From an uncultured Pseudomonadales bacterium (GTDB lineage Bacteria > Patescibacteriota > Microgenomatia > UBA1400 > PJMF01): a DNA stretch of 64,000 bases. Numbering within the stretch: position 1 is the stretch's first letter; each line of letters starts with the position of its first letter. The translations under genes were made by a program, and so were the position numbers. Under the pieces are notes generated by a model, which ran no database searches, was not told where the DNA came from, and saw only the letters and a program-made list of their open reading frames with translations. The DNA lies in assembly GCA_964620965.1 (NCBI GenBank), contig CAZUHV010000001.1:213839-277838 (forward strand), given 5' to 3'. Shown here piece after piece: positions 19,145-29,462 of the stretch.

Positions 19145-20089
19145 TTATTCTCCCAAAGATACACCTTTCTTTTGAAGAGCTGCATCAATCAATACAACGC
19201 TCTTTCCACCTAAGTTTTTGACTTTAGCAACGACGTCTCTTGGAGCACCTTGTAAGTCACCAACTGTCTTGAATCCACCTTTTCGCAATGCGTTAGCGAT
19301 TCTTGTTGGAAGATCAAGCTCTTCGACTGTGAGTCTGAGAGTTTCTTGCTCTTCTGGTGATAATGATTCTTCGACTTCTACTACTTCTTCAATAATTGGA
19401 TCAAAGACTTGAGTGAATTGTCTTGCCAAGATACGTGCAGCTTGTTGAACAGCCTCAAGTGGAGAAACTGAACCATCAGTTTCAACTTCCATAACTAATT
19501 TATCAAAGTCAGTTCTTCTTCCAACACGTGTTTGTTCAACAGTGTATGAAACTTTAACAACTGGAGAATATAATGCGTCTAAAACAATTTCTCCAATAGA
19601 AGTTACGTTTTTCTCGTCTGCTAAAACATATCCAACACCTGTCTCAACGGTCATTTCTGCTTCAAACTTTTTGCCTTTTGCAACTGTTGCGATTGGAGCA
19701 CTTGTGTTGATAATTTCAAAACCAGCTTCACATTCAAAATCAGCTGCGGTAACTTCTGCAGGTCCAGTAACTGAAACTCTGATTGTACCTTTTTCTGAAG
19801 TTGAAGCTTTTACTTTTACTTGTTTTACGTTTAATGCAATATCAAGAACATCTTCTGTTAATCCTTCAACTGTAGAAAATTGATGATCAGCACCTTCAAT
19901 TCTTAAGCTGGTAATAGATGTACCTGGTAAAGAACTGAGTAAGACTCTTCTTAATGCGTTTCCAAGTGTGTGGCCGTATCCATTTTCAAGAGGATCAATA
20001 ACAATAGTTGCTTTTGTAGCACTAGAATTAACTTCCTCAATTTGGAAGGTTGGGTTCATACTTGGGATTGAGTTTAATTTAAGACTCAT
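19145..20089 (-). CDS. rpoA: DNA-directed RNA polymerase subunit alpha
   Basis: N-terminal domain LENGYGHTLGNALRRVLLSSLPG. 314 aa, in the expected position after rpsD. Confidence 0.9.
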   Translation of the reverse strand: MSLKLNSIPSMNPTFQIEEVNSSATKATIVIDPLENGYGHTLGNALRRVLLSSLPGTSITSLRIEGADHQFSTVEGLTEDVLDIALNVKQVKVKASTSEKGTIRVSVTGPAEVTAADFECEAGFEIINTSAPIATVAKGKKFEAEMTVETGVGYVLADEKNVTSIGEIVLDALYSPVVKVSYTVEQTRVGRRTDFDKLVMEVETDGSVSPLEAVQQAARILARQFTQVFDPIIEEVVEVEESLSPEEQETLRLTVEELDLPTRIANALRKGGFKTVGDLQGAPRDVVAKVKNLGGKSVVLIDAALQKKGVSLGE

Positions 20090-20179
20090 ATTTTTTTCTC
20101 CTTTGTTTCTCCTCCTCTGCTTTGCAGAGAATCCGTATCATAGGTTATTACTTTTATACTTTATACTTTTCTATATTCC

Positions 20180-20785
20180 TTATCGTGAGTAGTACTCAAC
20201 GACTAATTGTTCTTCAATCATTTCAGTTACGTCAGATCTCTCTGGGAATCTTGAAACTTTTGCTGCGCCACCCTTTTGTTCTAACCATGCAACAGCTGAT
20301 GCGCCTTCTTTTACGGCTTCTGCTGCAAATGGAACTTTAGAACCGCTATTTGAGAGTGTGATAACATCGTTCACATTAACAGTATATGAAGGGATATTCA
20401 TTTTCTTTCCATTAATTAAAACGTGGTTATGTACAACTAATTGTCTAGCTTGTGCACGTGTTCCTGCCCAACCAAGTCTGTAAACTGCATTATCAAGTCT
20501 TCTTTCGAGTAAACTTAACAAAGCGGCACCAGTAGCGGTAGGGTTTTTGGAAGCTTCTGCGTAAAGCTTTCTTAATTGTTTTTCCAAAATACCATAAATG
20601 AATTTGATTTTTTGTTTTTCTTGGAGCTGGGTACCAAAGTCAGAGAGTTTTCTCTTTGATTTTGCACCATGTTGTCCTGGTTTTATTGTTAAACGTCGAG
20701 CAACCTTTAAAGCATTGGTTTTTAATCCCAAGTCTTCACCGATTTTTCTGCTTAATTTGTTTTTTGGTCCTGTATATCTTGCCAT
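20180..20785 (-). CDS. rpsD: 30S ribosomal protein S4
   Basis: MARYTGPKNKLSRKIGEDL. Confidence 0.9.
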   Translation of the reverse strand: MARYTGPKNKLSRKIGEDLGLKTNALKVARRLTIKPGQHGAKSKRKLSDFGTQLQEKQKIKFIYGILEKQLRKLYAEASKNPTATGAALLSLLERRLDNAVYRLGWAGTRAQARQLVVHNHVLINGKKMNIPSYTVNVNDVITLSNSGSKVPFAAEAVKEGASAVAWLEQKGGAAKVSRFPERSDVTEMIEEQLVVEYYSR

Positions 20786-20799
20786 AGTAGTATAAATCC

Positions 20800-21201
20800 T
20801 TATTTATTGTGCTTTGCTTTTCTTGGTCTTGTACCGTTATGTGGATCTGGAGTCATATCAGCAATCATACCGATTTTGATACCTTGAGCTTTTAAAACTC
20901 TTAAAGCCACATCTCTTCCTGGACCTGGTCCTTTAATGAAAAGATCCATTGTTCCCATTCCGAAAGCTTTTGCTTTATTAACTGCGTTTTCGACAGTAAT
21001 AGTAGCTGCATAAGGAGTAGATTTTCTTGAACCAGAAAATCCTGACTCACCAGCTGTTGACCAACAAACAACATTTCCCTGTTCATCAGTGATACTCACT
21101 AATGTACTGTTGAATGTTGCTGTGACATACAATCTACCTCTTGAAACTACTCGAGCGTTAGTTTTCTTGTTGTTTTTGGTTGTTTTGTTTGCTTGTGCCA
21201 T
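20800..21201 (-). CDS. rpsK: 30S ribosomal protein S11
   Basis: GRLYVTATFNSTLVSITDEQGNVVCWSTAG. Confidence 0.9.
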   Translation of the reverse strand: MAQANKTTKNNKKTNARVVSRGRLYVTATFNSTLVSITDEQGNVVCWSTAGESGFSGSRKSTPYAATITVENAVNKAKAFGMGTMDLFIKGPGPGRDVALRVLKAQGIKIGMIADMTPDPHNGTRPRKAKHNK

Positions 21202-21218
21202 AATTCAAAATCTTCTTA

Positions 21219-21629
21219 TTATTTAGCTTTTTTTGCTGCTTCTAATTTTGCTGCCATTTCTTTAGTCATAGCACCAACTGTCTTTCTCTTAGCACCACCA
21301 CGTGCGCTACGAGAGTTTGTTTTTGTTCTTTGACCTCTAACAGGCAACTTCATAATGTGTCTTAAACCTCTATAAGCCTTGATTCTTTTAAGACGGTCAA
21401 TGTTATCGTTAACGTGGCGTCTTAAATCACCTTCAAGTTCATACTTATCTAAAACTCTTTGAATTCTCCCAATTTCGTCATTGTTAAGATCTTTAGCTCT
21501 TTTGTCTGGATCGACTTGAGCTTCTTTCAAAACAACTTCAGCAATTTTTTTACCAACTCCATATAAAGATTGGAGTGCGTAAAATATTTTCTTATTATCT
21601 GGTATATCAACACCTAAAATACGAGGCAT
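21219..21629 (-). CDS. rpsM: 30S ribosomal protein S13
   Basis: MPRILGVDIPDNKKI. Confidence 0.9.
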   Translation of the reverse strand: MPRILGVDIPDNKKIFYALQSLYGVGKKIAEVVLKEAQVDPDKRAKDLNNDEIGRIQRVLDKYELEGDLRRHVNDNIDRLKRIKAYRGLRHIMKLPVRGQRTKTNSRSARGGAKRKTVGAMTKEMAAKLEAAKKAK

Positions 21630-21647
21630 ATCTTTTTATTCCTTCTA

Positions 21648-21761
21648 TTATCCTTGTTTTCCTCTATGTTTTGGTTCTTTGCAAATTCTTCTCAAAACGC
21701 CTTTGCGTTTGATTAATTTGCAATGAATACAAATTGTTTTTAAAGATGATTTAACTTTCAT
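21648..21761 (-). CDS. rpmJ: 50S ribosomal protein L36
   Basis: Hand-translated 37-aa [40 protein letters not shown] with the Cys/His zinc-ribbon pattern of L36, in the canonical infA-rpmJ-rpsM position. It is missing from the ORF track because of its size. Confidence 0.75.
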   Translation of the reverse strand: MKVKSSLKTICIHCKLIKRKGVLRRICKEPKHRGKQG

Positions 21762-21836
21762 GATGTATCTCTTTACTTATCTCTCTATTTTTTGACAGGG
21801 TTGAATTGTACCTCTAACCTGACTACTTGACTAGAC

Positions 21837-22166
21837 TCAAATTGACTGCGAATCATTTTTTGCTGATCTATAGGTGATTTTACATTTTTTGAGGTCATAT
21901 TTACTTACATAACCTTTAACAAAATCACCAGGCAAAACGCGGATTCTATATAATCTCATTTTTCCTACTAGTGTTCCTAATAAATCTTGACCAATCATTG
22001 GGGTTACTTCAGATCCGGTCACTTTGACTCTAAACATTGTGTTTGGTAAACATGCCTCAACTACGCCTTCTATTTCAAAGCGATCGTTTGTGTTTGATTT
22101 TTCGGCAGTTGTGTCTACTTGACGTCTTGCTTTTGCTGCTCGTTTATGGTCTTGTACTTTACCCAT
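21837..22166 (-). CDS. infA: translation initiation factor IF-1 with N-terminal extension
   Basis: LPNTMFRVKV...GKMRLYRIRVLPGDFV...YDLKKCKITYR matches the IF-1 S1-like fold, in the canonical position after map. Confidence 0.75.
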   Translation of the reverse strand: MGKVQDHKRAAKARRQVDTTAEKSNTNDRFEIEGVVEACLPNTMFRVKVTGSEVTPMIGQDLLGTLVGKMRLYRIRVLPGDFVKGYVSKYDLKKCKITYRSAKNDSQSI

Positions 22167-22249
22167 ACTATATTTTTCCTTTTACTAAGGGATTTTTAAT
22201 TAGTGATATAACATGCAAAAAAGCCCTCAGAACAGATAATTATATCAGA

Positions 22250-22999
22250 TTATGCTGATTTTGTCAGCACCTCAGGCCCATTTTTGGTAACTAAGACAGT
22301 TTCTTCAAACATTCCAGACAAAGAACCATCTACTGTAACATATGTCCAGCCATCTTTTGCCTCTTCAAGAACCGGGCTTTCCATTGTGTACATATTTTCG
22401 ATTGCAAGGGTTTGACCCTCAACTAATTTTATTTTTTTGTCTGCTTTACTTGGCGAACAAGGAATTGCTGGATCCATATGTAGTTGTTCACCAACACCAT
22501 GTCCGGTTAGTTGAAACACTACCCCATAGCCTTTTGTACGCAGTGGTTTTTCCATAGCAAAGCTAATATCATATACAGAATTACCTGGTTTTGCCTGAGC
22601 AATTGCTTTTTCCAAAGAAACTTTACCTGCATGCAAGAACTCTTCTATTTCTTTTGAAACAGCACCTACAGGAAAAGTAATCGAGGTATCCAAGTGATAC
22701 CCTTTGTTGATTAAACCAATATCTATAGAAATAACATCACCATCTACAACTCGTTTACCTTTTGGAATACCATGACAAACTTCTTCGTTTTTCATGACAC
22801 AAGTTGCCCAGTGATATCCTGGAACAGTAGAAAATGAAGGCACCATACCAGCTTTTTTAATAAGATCTTGTGCTTTGTCTTCGATAGCTTCAAAAGTTGT
22901 TCCAACTTTCACAAAAGCCTGGAGCTCTGCTTTAATTTTACCTAAAGCTGCACCACCTTCTCGCATTGCTTGTATTTTGTTCTCGAGCTGTGTATTCAT
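22250..22999 (-). CDS. map: methionine aminopeptidase type I
   Basis: Pita-bread fold motifs VCHGIP, DGDVISIDIG, HGVG. Confidence 0.9.
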   Translation of the reverse strand: MNTQLENKIQAMREGGAALGKIKAELQAFVKVGTTFEAIEDKAQDLIKKAGMVPSFSTVPGYHWATCVMKNEEVCHGIPKGKRVVDGDVISIDIGLINKGYHLDTSITFPVGAVSKEIEEFLHAGKVSLEKAIAQAKPGNSVYDISFAMEKPLRTKGYGVVFQLTGHGVGEQLHMDPAIPCSPSKADKKIKLVEGQTLAIENMYTMESPVLEEAKDGWTYVTVDGSLSGMFEETVLVTKNGPEVLTKSA

Positions 23000-23013
23000 A
23001 AATCAAGACTGGT

Positions 23014-23025
23014 ATTATACCATTT
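23014..23025 (-). promoter_or_regulatory. extended -10 promoter (TGGTATAAT) inside the superoperon, immediately upstream of map
   Basis: Minus-strand TGGTATAAT, with the map ATG 13 nt downstream. No convincing -35. Confidence 0.35.
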
Positions 23026-23042
23026 TTATGGGATGTTTGCTA

Positions 23043-23072
23043 CAAAAAAGCCCCATATTTCTATGAGGCTTT
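23043..23072 (-). terminator. imperfect hairpin plus U-run after adk
   Basis: Minus-strand AAGCCTCAT-AGAAAT-ATGGGGCTTTTTTG. Confidence 0.35.
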
Positions 23073-23092
23073 TCAAATTTCATCAACAATAA

Positions 23093-23647
23093 TTATTTCT
23101 TGATATTAAACTTTTTATCAAGTTGTTTTTTGATATCTTTAAAAACTGCATCCATATCTTGTTCACCATCAACAGCAACAAGTTTGTCTCTTTCTCTGTA
23201 ATAAGAAACAACTGGTTGGGTAAATTCGTGGAAAGAATCAATTCTTCTTTTGATTGCATGCACAGTTTCATCTTGTCTATCGGAAACTCTACCAGCAATT
23301 CTCCAAAGCGCCTCTTTGTCTGAGACATCCAAGAAAACAACAGCTTCAACACCTTCTTTGAATGCTTCTGCTTGTACAACTGTTCTTGGAAAACCATCAA
23401 GAATATATCCGTTTGCATATTCTGGTTTTTCTAAATATGTGAAGATAATTTCTAAGGTTTTTTCGTCTGGAACTAAAGCCCCAGAGTTAATGGTTTCTTT
23501 TAACCATCTTCCCATTTGTGTTTTCTCCTTAGCCATTTCTCTAAAAATATGACCAGAAGACAGATATGGAATATTGTATTCTTCAGAAAGGAAGTTACCT
23601 TGAGTGGACTTTCCTGCCCCTTGAATACCAATCAAAACGAGTTTCAT
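23093..23647 (-). CDS. adk: adenylate kinase (short LID type)
   Basis: P-loop GIQGAGKSTQG. 184 aa. Confidence 0.9.
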   Translation of the reverse strand: MKLVLIGIQGAGKSTQGNFLSEEYNIPYLSSGHIFREMAKEKTQMGRWLKETINSGALVPDEKTLEIIFTYLEKPEYANGYILDGFPRTVVQAEAFKEGVEAVVFLDVSDKEALWRIAGRVSDRQDETVHAIKRRIDSFHEFTQPVVSYYRERDKLVAVDGEQDMDAVFKDIKKQLDKKFNIKK

Positions 23648-23672
23648 AATCGCTTTCTCCCGCGAGGGTAAT

Positions 23673-24953
23673 TTATAAGAACCTGTCGTAGTTTTGCTCT
23701 ACTAACATACTTTCTACTTGTTTGTATGTTTCAAGGACAACTGAAACGACAATTAAAATACTTGTACCACTAATAGCTAGCTGACCAATGCCCAATGAGA
23801 TTTGTGCTAAAGAAGGAAGTAAGGCAATAATTCCCAAGAACAATGCTCCAGCTAAAGTTATACGTGTTACAACAAATTCTAAGTACTTTTTAGTAGCACT
23901 GCCCGGTCTAATTCCAGGAACAAATGCACCACTCTTTTTTAACTCGTCGGAAATATCTCCAGCGTTAAAGAAAATGAGCGCACTAAAAAAGGTAAAGAAA
24001 AATACAATTATGAAGTACAAGATCATGTATAAAGGCGAAGTCTGGGTAAACATAACAGTAATGCTATTTCCCCACTCAATAAATTTTGGATTGTTTGAAG
24101 CTACCAATAATCTCGCAACAAAAGATGGAACCAACATTATAGAAACTGCAAAAATGATTGGCATAACACCGGCAACATTAACTTTAATTGGCAGATGAGA
24201 TTTCTCGCCACCAACAACTTTGCTGCCTCTTGTTCTTTTTGCATACTGAATTGTAATCTTGCGAACTGCTTCGTTCATAAACACAACCAAACCAATAATT
24301 GCCAAAAACAGAGCTACAAAAGAAATCAAAACAAATGCTTGATCTGAACTAGAGTTTGCAACATCAACAAATGAAAGTGGAAGTTGACTCATAATACCTG
24401 CAAACAAAATCATAGAAATACCGTTTCCAATGCCTTTTTCGGTCACTAATTCTCCAAGCCATGTAACAATCATAGAACCGGCTACAAGACTTAAAATCAT
24501 GGTTACAATGGTTAAAGGAGCAGCTTCTCCCATTAATCCAGAAGATCTCAATAATGCCAAAACGGAAATGCTTTGTCCAACGGCTAAAGGAAGTGATAAG
24601 TATCTGGTGTACTGGTTAATTTTTTCTCTACCAGCTTCACCGTCTTTTTGCATCTCTTTAATTTGAGGAAACACCATACCTGCTAACTGCATCACGATAG
24701 AAGCAGTAATGTATGGGTTAATTCCAACAGCCAAAACGGAAAAGTTTGAAAGTGTTCCACCAGAGAAAACATTTAATAAACTTAAAAATTGATTAGAAGC
24801 AAATAAGTTTCTTAATTGAATGATATCAACTGAAGGAAGTGGAATGTGAGCGAAAAATCTAAATACTAAAAGGATAGCTGCGGTAAATAGGAGCTTGTTT
24901 CTTAACTCTATATTTGAATTAACTTTTTTCAAGAAGGCGGTTATTTTTTGCAC
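23673..24953 (-). CDS. secY: preprotein translocase SecY
   Basis: 10 TM helices, position between rplO and adk. GTG start with AAAGAGG RBS. Confidence 0.9.
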   Translation of the reverse strand: MQKITAFLKKVNSNIELRNKLLFTAAILLVFRFFAHIPLPSVDIIQLRNLFASNQFLSLLNVFSGGTLSNFSVLAVGINPYITASIVMQLAGMVFPQIKEMQKDGEAGREKINQYTRYLSLPLAVGQSISVLALLRSSGLMGEAAPLTIVTMILSLVAGSMIVTWLGELVTEKGIGNGISMILFAGIMSQLPLSFVDVANSSSDQAFVLISFVALFLAIIGLVVFMNEAVRKITIQYAKRTRGSKVVGGEKSHLPIKVNVAGVMPIIFAVSIMLVPSFVARLLVASNNPKFIEWGNSITVMFTQTSPLYMILYFIIVFFFTFFSALIFFNAGDISDELKKSGAFVPGIRPGSATKKYLEFVVTRITLAGALFLGIIALLPSLAQISLGIGQLAISGTSILIVVSVVLETYKQVESMLVEQNYDRFL

Positions 24954-25031
24954 GAGCCTCTTTTTCTTCCTTTGTTATTCTAATGTTATTCTAAACAAAA
25001 ATACCTATCAAAGATATCAAATTTTGTTTAA

Positions 25032-25469
25032 TTACGCAACTGTACCACCTGCAGCTTCAATTGCTTGAGCAGCAGTTTTAGTAACACTGATTCCTTGAAC
25101 AGAAACTTTTCTGCTAATTGTTCCAGAAGCAATGATTTTTGCTTTCTTGAATTTTGAATCAATGACTTTTTCTAACTTTAATGTATCCAAAGTGATAACA
25201 TCAGCTTTCATGTTGTTGACTTCAGAAAGTGTGATTTCTGCAGTTGGTCTCACAACATTAAGTCTGCCTTTACCTCTAAGCATAGGTAAACGTTTGATTA
25301 ATGGTAATTGTCCACCTTCAAACCAAAGAGGAATATTCGCACCTTGTCTTGATTTTTGACCTTTTTGACCTTTTGAGGAGTTATGTCCACCTTTACCTGA
25401 ACCATATCCACGGCCAAGTCTCTTGTTGGATTTAGTTGTTGATCTGGATAATTTGTTTAGTAATGACAT
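25032..25469 (-). CDS. rplO: 50S ribosomal protein L15
   Basis: KRLGRGYGSGKGGHNSSKGQKGQKSR. Confidence 0.9.
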   Translation of the reverse strand: MSLLNKLSRSTTKSNKRLGRGYGSGKGGHNSSKGQKGQKSRQGANIPLWFEGGQLPLIKRLPMLRGKGRLNVVRPTAEITLSEVNNMKADVITLDTLKLEKVIDSKFKKAKIIASGTISRKVSVQGISVTKTAAQAIEAAGGTVA

Positions 25470-25471
25470 AT

Positions 25472-26125
25472 TTATTTTTTCTCTTCAGCTTTTTTTACTG
25501 TTTTCTTTGGAGCTGCTTTTTTAGCTGGAGCTTTTTTTTCAGGTGCTTTTGGGGCAGTTTTCTTTTCTGCCTCGTGTGCAGCTTTTGCTTTTTCTTGTAA
25601 CTCTTTAAGTTTTGCAGCTTCTTCAGCTTCTACTTCAGCAATAGATTTTAATTTAATTCCTTTTAGCTCGACAATTCTTGAAATTTGAGCCAGTGCTTCA
25701 AAGGTTGCATAGACACTTGAAGCTTGGTTTTCTGAACCTAAGATCTTGCTTGAAATATCTCTGATACCTGCAGCTTCAACAACTGCTCTTACTGGACCAC
25801 CAGCAATAACTCCAGAACCCTTTGGAGCTGGTTTGAGCATAACTCTACCTGCACCTTTTTTGACTTCAATTGGGAAAGGAACAGTTGTACCATCCAAAGG
25901 AACAGAAATTAGTTTCTTTTTAGCTTTTTTGATTCCTTTTTTAATAGCACCAAGAACATCACTTGCTTTACCAAGTCCAACACCAACTTTACCTTTTTTG
26001 TCTCCAACAACCATTAAAACGGAGAAACCAACTTTGTTTCCACCTTTGGTTTTTTTAGAGACGCGAGAAATTTGAATCACTTTCTCATCAAATTCTTTTG
26101 GTTCATTCATAGTCTTCATGTTCAT
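25472..26125 (-). CDS. rpsE: 30S ribosomal protein S5 with Lys/Ala/Glu-rich C-terminal tail
   Basis: VISISRVSKKTKGGNKVGFSVLMVVGDKKGKVG. There is no room for rpmD before rplO, a 2-nt gap. Confidence 0.9.
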   Translation of the reverse strand: MNMKTMNEPKEFDEKVIQISRVSKKTKGGNKVGFSVLMVVGDKKGKVGVGLGKASDVLGAIKKGIKKAKKKLISVPLDGTTVPFPIEVKKGAGRVMLKPAPKGSGVIAGGPVRAVVEAAGIRDISSKILGSENQASSVYATFEALAQISRIVELKGIKLKSIAEVEAEEAAKLKELQEKAKAAHEAEKKTAPKAPEKKAPAKKAAPKKTVKKAEEKK

Positions 26126-26130
26126 GTATG

Positions 26131-26502
26131 TTATACCTCAATTCCACCATCGCGAAGTGCTTGTGCGACGGCTTTAACTCTACCGTGATACTTGTATTGA
26201 CCTCTGTCGAAAACAACAGCGGTAACTTTAGCTTTTTTCAAAGAAACGAGTAATGCTTCTGTTGCTTTGATAGCTGTTGCAGTTTTTGTTACTTCAGAGC
26301 CTTTTGTAACTGCTTTTCTAATTTTGACATCATTTGCACTGGCTACAGTGACACCTGAGTCATCATTAACTGCTTGTAAATACACATATTTGTTAGATTT
26401 GTGTACTGTTAAACGAGGGCGAGCTTGAGTGCCATGCAACTTTGCTCTAACTCTCATTTTTCTCTTTTCTGCGACTGTTAGATTGTGGTTAATTTTTGCC
26501 AT
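26131..26502 (-). CDS. rplR: 50S ribosomal protein L18
   Basis: RPRLTVHKSNKYVYLQAVNDDSG. Confidence 0.9.
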   Translation of the reverse strand: MAKINHNLTVAEKRKMRVRAKLHGTQARPRLTVHKSNKYVYLQAVNDDSGVTVASANDVKIRKAVTKGSEVTKTATAIKATEALLVSLKKAKVTAVVFDRGQYKYHGRVKAVAQALRDGGIEV

Positions 26503-26529
26503 AGTGTCCTAAATTCTAGTGCCGCGACT

Positions 26530-27066
26530 TTACGCTGCAGCTTTTCCTTGTTTTCTTCTAACTTCTTCGTCTTCATAACGAATACCTTTGCCTTTATAAG
26601 GCTCTGGTGGTCTAATTTTTCTGATGTTAGCAGCAACCTGACCAACAGCTTGTTTGTTAGAACCTTCAATGTGAATTGTGTCGGTTCCTTCAACTTTAAT
26701 GCTAACTCCTTGTTCTGGAACAAAGTCTACAGGGTGTGAAAATCCAACAGCAAGTTGGATTCCTGCACCTTGTGCTTTAACTCTATATCCAGTTCCAATT
26801 AATTTTAATGTTTTTTTGTAACCTTCAGTTACACCAACAACTGCATTGTTGAGTAAGCTTCTGATAAGCCCATGAAATGCTCTTGTTTGTTTTTCATCAT
26901 TTGTTCTAGTGACTAAAACATTGTTTTCTTTAACTTCAACAACAATTCCTGGCAACAATTCAACTGTTAATTGACCTTTTTGTCCCTTAACTTCAATAAT
27001 AGAACCAGTAACAGTGACTGTAACACCTTGTGGAACTGTAATAGCTTTTAAACCAATTCTTGACAT
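26530..27066 (-). CDS. rplF: 50S ribosomal protein L6
   Basis: MSRIGLKAITVPQGVTVTV. Confidence 0.9.
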   Translation of the reverse strand: MSRIGLKAITVPQGVTVTVTGSIIEVKGQKGQLTVELLPGIVVEVKENNVLVTRTNDEKQTRAFHGLIRSLLNNAVVGVTEGYKKTLKLIGTGYRVKAQGAGIQLAVGFSHPVDFVPEQGVSIKVEGTDTIHIEGSNKQAVGQVAANIRKIRPPEPYKGKGIRYEDEEVRRKQGKAAA

Positions 27067-27080
27067 AATCTATTGTACCT

Positions 27081-27473
27081 TTACCAAACTTGGCAGAGTA
27101 GTTCCCCTCCAATGTTCTCTTTTCTAGCTCTTTTATCTGTCATAACTCCCTTACTGGTAGAAAGAATGGTAATACCATATCCACCTAATGCTTTTGGAAG
27201 TTGTTTTGCAGGTGCGTATAATCTTCTACCTGGTTTAGACAATCTTTTAACATCATTAATAACAGGTAATCTTCCAATATACTTTAATGTTAAAACTAAA
27301 GTATTAAAAGGAGTACCTTCTTTAACTGTTACCTCAGATAAATAACCTTCTTCAACTAAGATCTCTGCAATAGATTTCTTAATTTTTGAGTAAGGAACTT
27401 CAACGGTAGAATGTCTAGCCATGTGAGCGTTCTTTATTCTGATGATGATGTCTGCAATTGGATCTGTGATCAT
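27081..27473 (-). CDS. rpsH: 30S ribosomal protein S8
   Basis: MITDPIADIIIRIKNA. Confidence 0.9.
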   Translation of the reverse strand: MITDPIADIIIRIKNAHMARHSTVEVPYSKIKKSIAEILVEEGYLSEVTVKEGTPFNTLVLTLKYIGRLPVINDVKRLSKPGRRLYAPAKQLPKALGGYGITILSTSKGVMTDKRARKENIGGELLCQVW

Positions 27474-27488
27474 ATCTCTTTAAACCTT

Positions 27489-27719
27489 TTATTTACTGGA
27501 TTTAACTACACCTGGTAGTTCACCCTTTGAAGCTAATTCTCTAAACATAAGTCTGCTTAGACCAAAAAATCTTATATAACCTTTTGGACGTCCAGTAATT
27601 TTACATCTGTTGACGCCTCTGGTAGAGAACTTGTTAACTTTCTTTTCACCAGAAAGTTCATATCTTGATCTCTTTGCGAGTAGTTTTTTAGATTTTGCAA
27701 TCTTTGATTTTTTAGCCAT
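27489..27719 (-). CDS. rpsN: 30S ribosomal protein S14
   Basis: 76 aa, ends [24 protein letters not shown]. Confidence 0.85.
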   Translation of the reverse strand: MAKKSKIAKSKKLLAKRSRYELSGEKKVNKFSTRGVNRCKITGRPKGYIRFFGLSRLMFRELASKGELPGVVKSSK

Positions 27720-27722
27720 GTA

Positions 27723-28277
27723 TTATTTTTCCTCTTTTTCAAATGGCATACCCATTAATTCTAATAATTTATAGGTATGTGCATCATTTTTTGTTGTTGT
27801 AACGAATACGATCTGTAAACTTCTAATGTTTTCAATCTTATCGTAATCGATTTCTGGGAAAATGATTTGTTCTTCAATTCCCATTGAGTAGTTTCCTTGT
27901 CCATCAAACGCAACTCTAGAAACACCTCTGAAGTCTTTCACACGTGGAAGAGCAACTGCGATAAGTTTCTCTAAAAATCCCCACATACGATCGCCTCTTA
28001 AAGTAACTTTTACTCCAAGTGGATCTCCTGCTCTCAACTTGAATCCTGCAATTGATTTTCTTGCAGTGGTAATAACTGGTTTTTGACCAGAAATAACCTC
28101 AAATTGTTCAACAATATTGGAAATAATTTGTTTTCTTTGTCTTGGATCTTGTGGATCTGCAACACCAATATTTAAAACAATCTTTTGAAGTTTTGGAACC
28201 TCAAAAATATTTTTGAGTTTTAATTCTTCTTTAAGTTGATTTGCAACTGTCTTGTTGTAATAGTTTCTTAATTGCAT
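27723..28277 (-). CDS. rplE: 50S ribosomal protein L5
   Basis: NIFEVPKLQKIVLNIGV. Confidence 0.9.
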   Translation of the reverse strand: MQLRNYYNKTVANQLKEELKLKNIFEVPKLQKIVLNIGVADPQDPRQRKQIISNIVEQFEVISGQKPVITTARKSIAGFKLRAGDPLGVKVTLRGDRMWGFLEKLIAVALPRVKDFRGVSRVAFDGQGNYSMGIEEQIIFPEIDYDKIENIRSLQIVFVTTTKNDAHTYKLLELMGMPFEKEEK

Positions 28278-28282
28278 GTCTG

Positions 28283-28609
28283 TTATTTCTTACTCTCTTT
28301 ATTTTCTTTAATCATGGTTCCAGTTTTCTTAAAAACTCTTACTTTAGAACCATCATCAGCAACTCTGTATCCAATTCTGTCTGCTTGATCTTTATCATTT
28401 AAGATAGCTATCTTCGCAGTAGAAAGGAATCTTTCGACTAAAACTTTGTCTCCAGATCTTCCCATCATTGGTTTGATGTGTTTTACATATTTGTTAACAC
28501 CTTCAACAATGACGCGTTCAGATTTAGGATCAACCTTAACAATTGTTCCGGTTTTACCCTTATCTTTTCCTGCTGTTACTAATACTTTGTCGCCTACTTT
28601 AAATTTCAT
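28283..28609 (-). CDS. rplX: 50S ribosomal protein L24
   Basis: MKFKVGDKVLVTAGKDKGKTGTIVKV. Confidence 0.9.
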   Translation of the reverse strand: MKFKVGDKVLVTAGKDKGKTGTIVKVDPKSERVIVEGVNKYVKHIKPMMGRSGDKVLVERFLSTAKIAILNDKDQADRIGYRVADDGSKVRVFKKTGTMIKENKESKK

Positions 28610-28619
28610 AACTCAGTCC

Positions 28620-28994
28620 TTATAAAACCTCTGGTGCCAAACTTGCAATTTTGCTGAACAACTTGTTTTTAACTTCTCTTGCGATAGGGCCAAAAACACG
28701 AGTTCCAACTGGGTTTGGGTTCTTTCTTGATTCAATAATAACTGCTGCGTTATCATCAAATCTGATATATTCACCGGTTTTTCTTCTAACTTCTTTTTTG
28801 GTTCTGACAATAACTGCCTTAACCATTTCACCTTTTTTAACATTTCCTGCTGCATCTGCTTGAATAACAGAAGCGGCAACAATATCACCGACTGTACCAA
28901 ATTTTTTCTTTGATCCGCCGTGAACTTGAATGACTCTAAGTTTTTTTGCTCCTGAGTTGTCAGCAACAGTGAGAACAGAACGTAATTGTATCAT
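28620..28994 (-). CDS. rplN: 50S ribosomal protein L14
   Basis: [24 protein letters not shown]. Confidence 0.9.
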   Translation of the reverse strand: MIQLRSVLTVADNSGAKKLRVIQVHGGSKKKFGTVGDIVAASVIQADAAGNVKKGEMVKAVIVRTKKEVRRKTGEYIRFDDNAAVIIESRKNPNPVGTRVFGPIAREVKNKLFSKIASLAPEVL

Positions 28995-29233
28995 TATTTG
29001 GTTCCTTCTACTTTACTAACTACTCTAAATTTTTTTGTTTTGCTTACTGGAACACAAGATTCTATTAAAACATTGTCCCCAACTTGCAACTCAATGCCTT
29101 CAACGTGACATGCATAATTTTTTGTACGTTTCACTGATTTTAGATAAATAGGGTGTTTCCACATACGAGCAACAGAAACCTTTGCGGTTTTGTCATTCTT
29201 TAGTGATATCACTGTTCCTTGCATTGCTTTCAT
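28994..29233 (-). CDS. rpsQ: 30S ribosomal protein S17
   Basis: [25 protein letters not shown]. Confidence 0.9.
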   Translation of the reverse strand: MKAMQGTVISLKNDKTAKVSVARMWKHPIYLKSVKRTKNYACHVEGIELQVGDNVLIESCVPVSKTKKFRVVSKVEGTK

Positions 29234-29245
29234 ATATATCTTCTC

Positions 29246-29455
29246 TTATTCTGCTTTTTCAGCTTTTTTCTTCATGCTTAGTACTGTTTTAACTCTTGCA
29301 ACATCATCAGATAACAAAGCTGTGTGAGTGTTTTTCAACTTACCTGCAGCTTTTTTAAGTCTTGCTTGAGCCAACTCAACTAACAAGTCTTTAAGTTGAA
29401 CTTCCAACTCTTGGACTGTTTTGTTGTGTAATGCCTTAATATCATTTCTTTTCAT
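29246..29455 (-). CDS. rpmC: 50S ribosomal protein L29
   Basis: 69 aa helical, LHNKTVQELEVQLKDL. Confidence 0.85.
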   Translation of the reverse strand: MKRNDIKALHNKTVQELEVQLKDLLVELAQARLKKAAGKLKNTHTALLSDDVARVKTVLSMKKKAEKAE

Positions 29456-29462
29456 AATTCGC

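Noticed and set aside
25469-25472. Possible missed rpmD (L30) between rpsE and rplO
   Set aside because: Only 2 nt separate the two genes, so L30 is genuinely absent here.
28613-28966. 117-aa minus-strand ORF
   Set aside because: Alternate frame fully inside rplN; the L14 frame has the conserved sequence.
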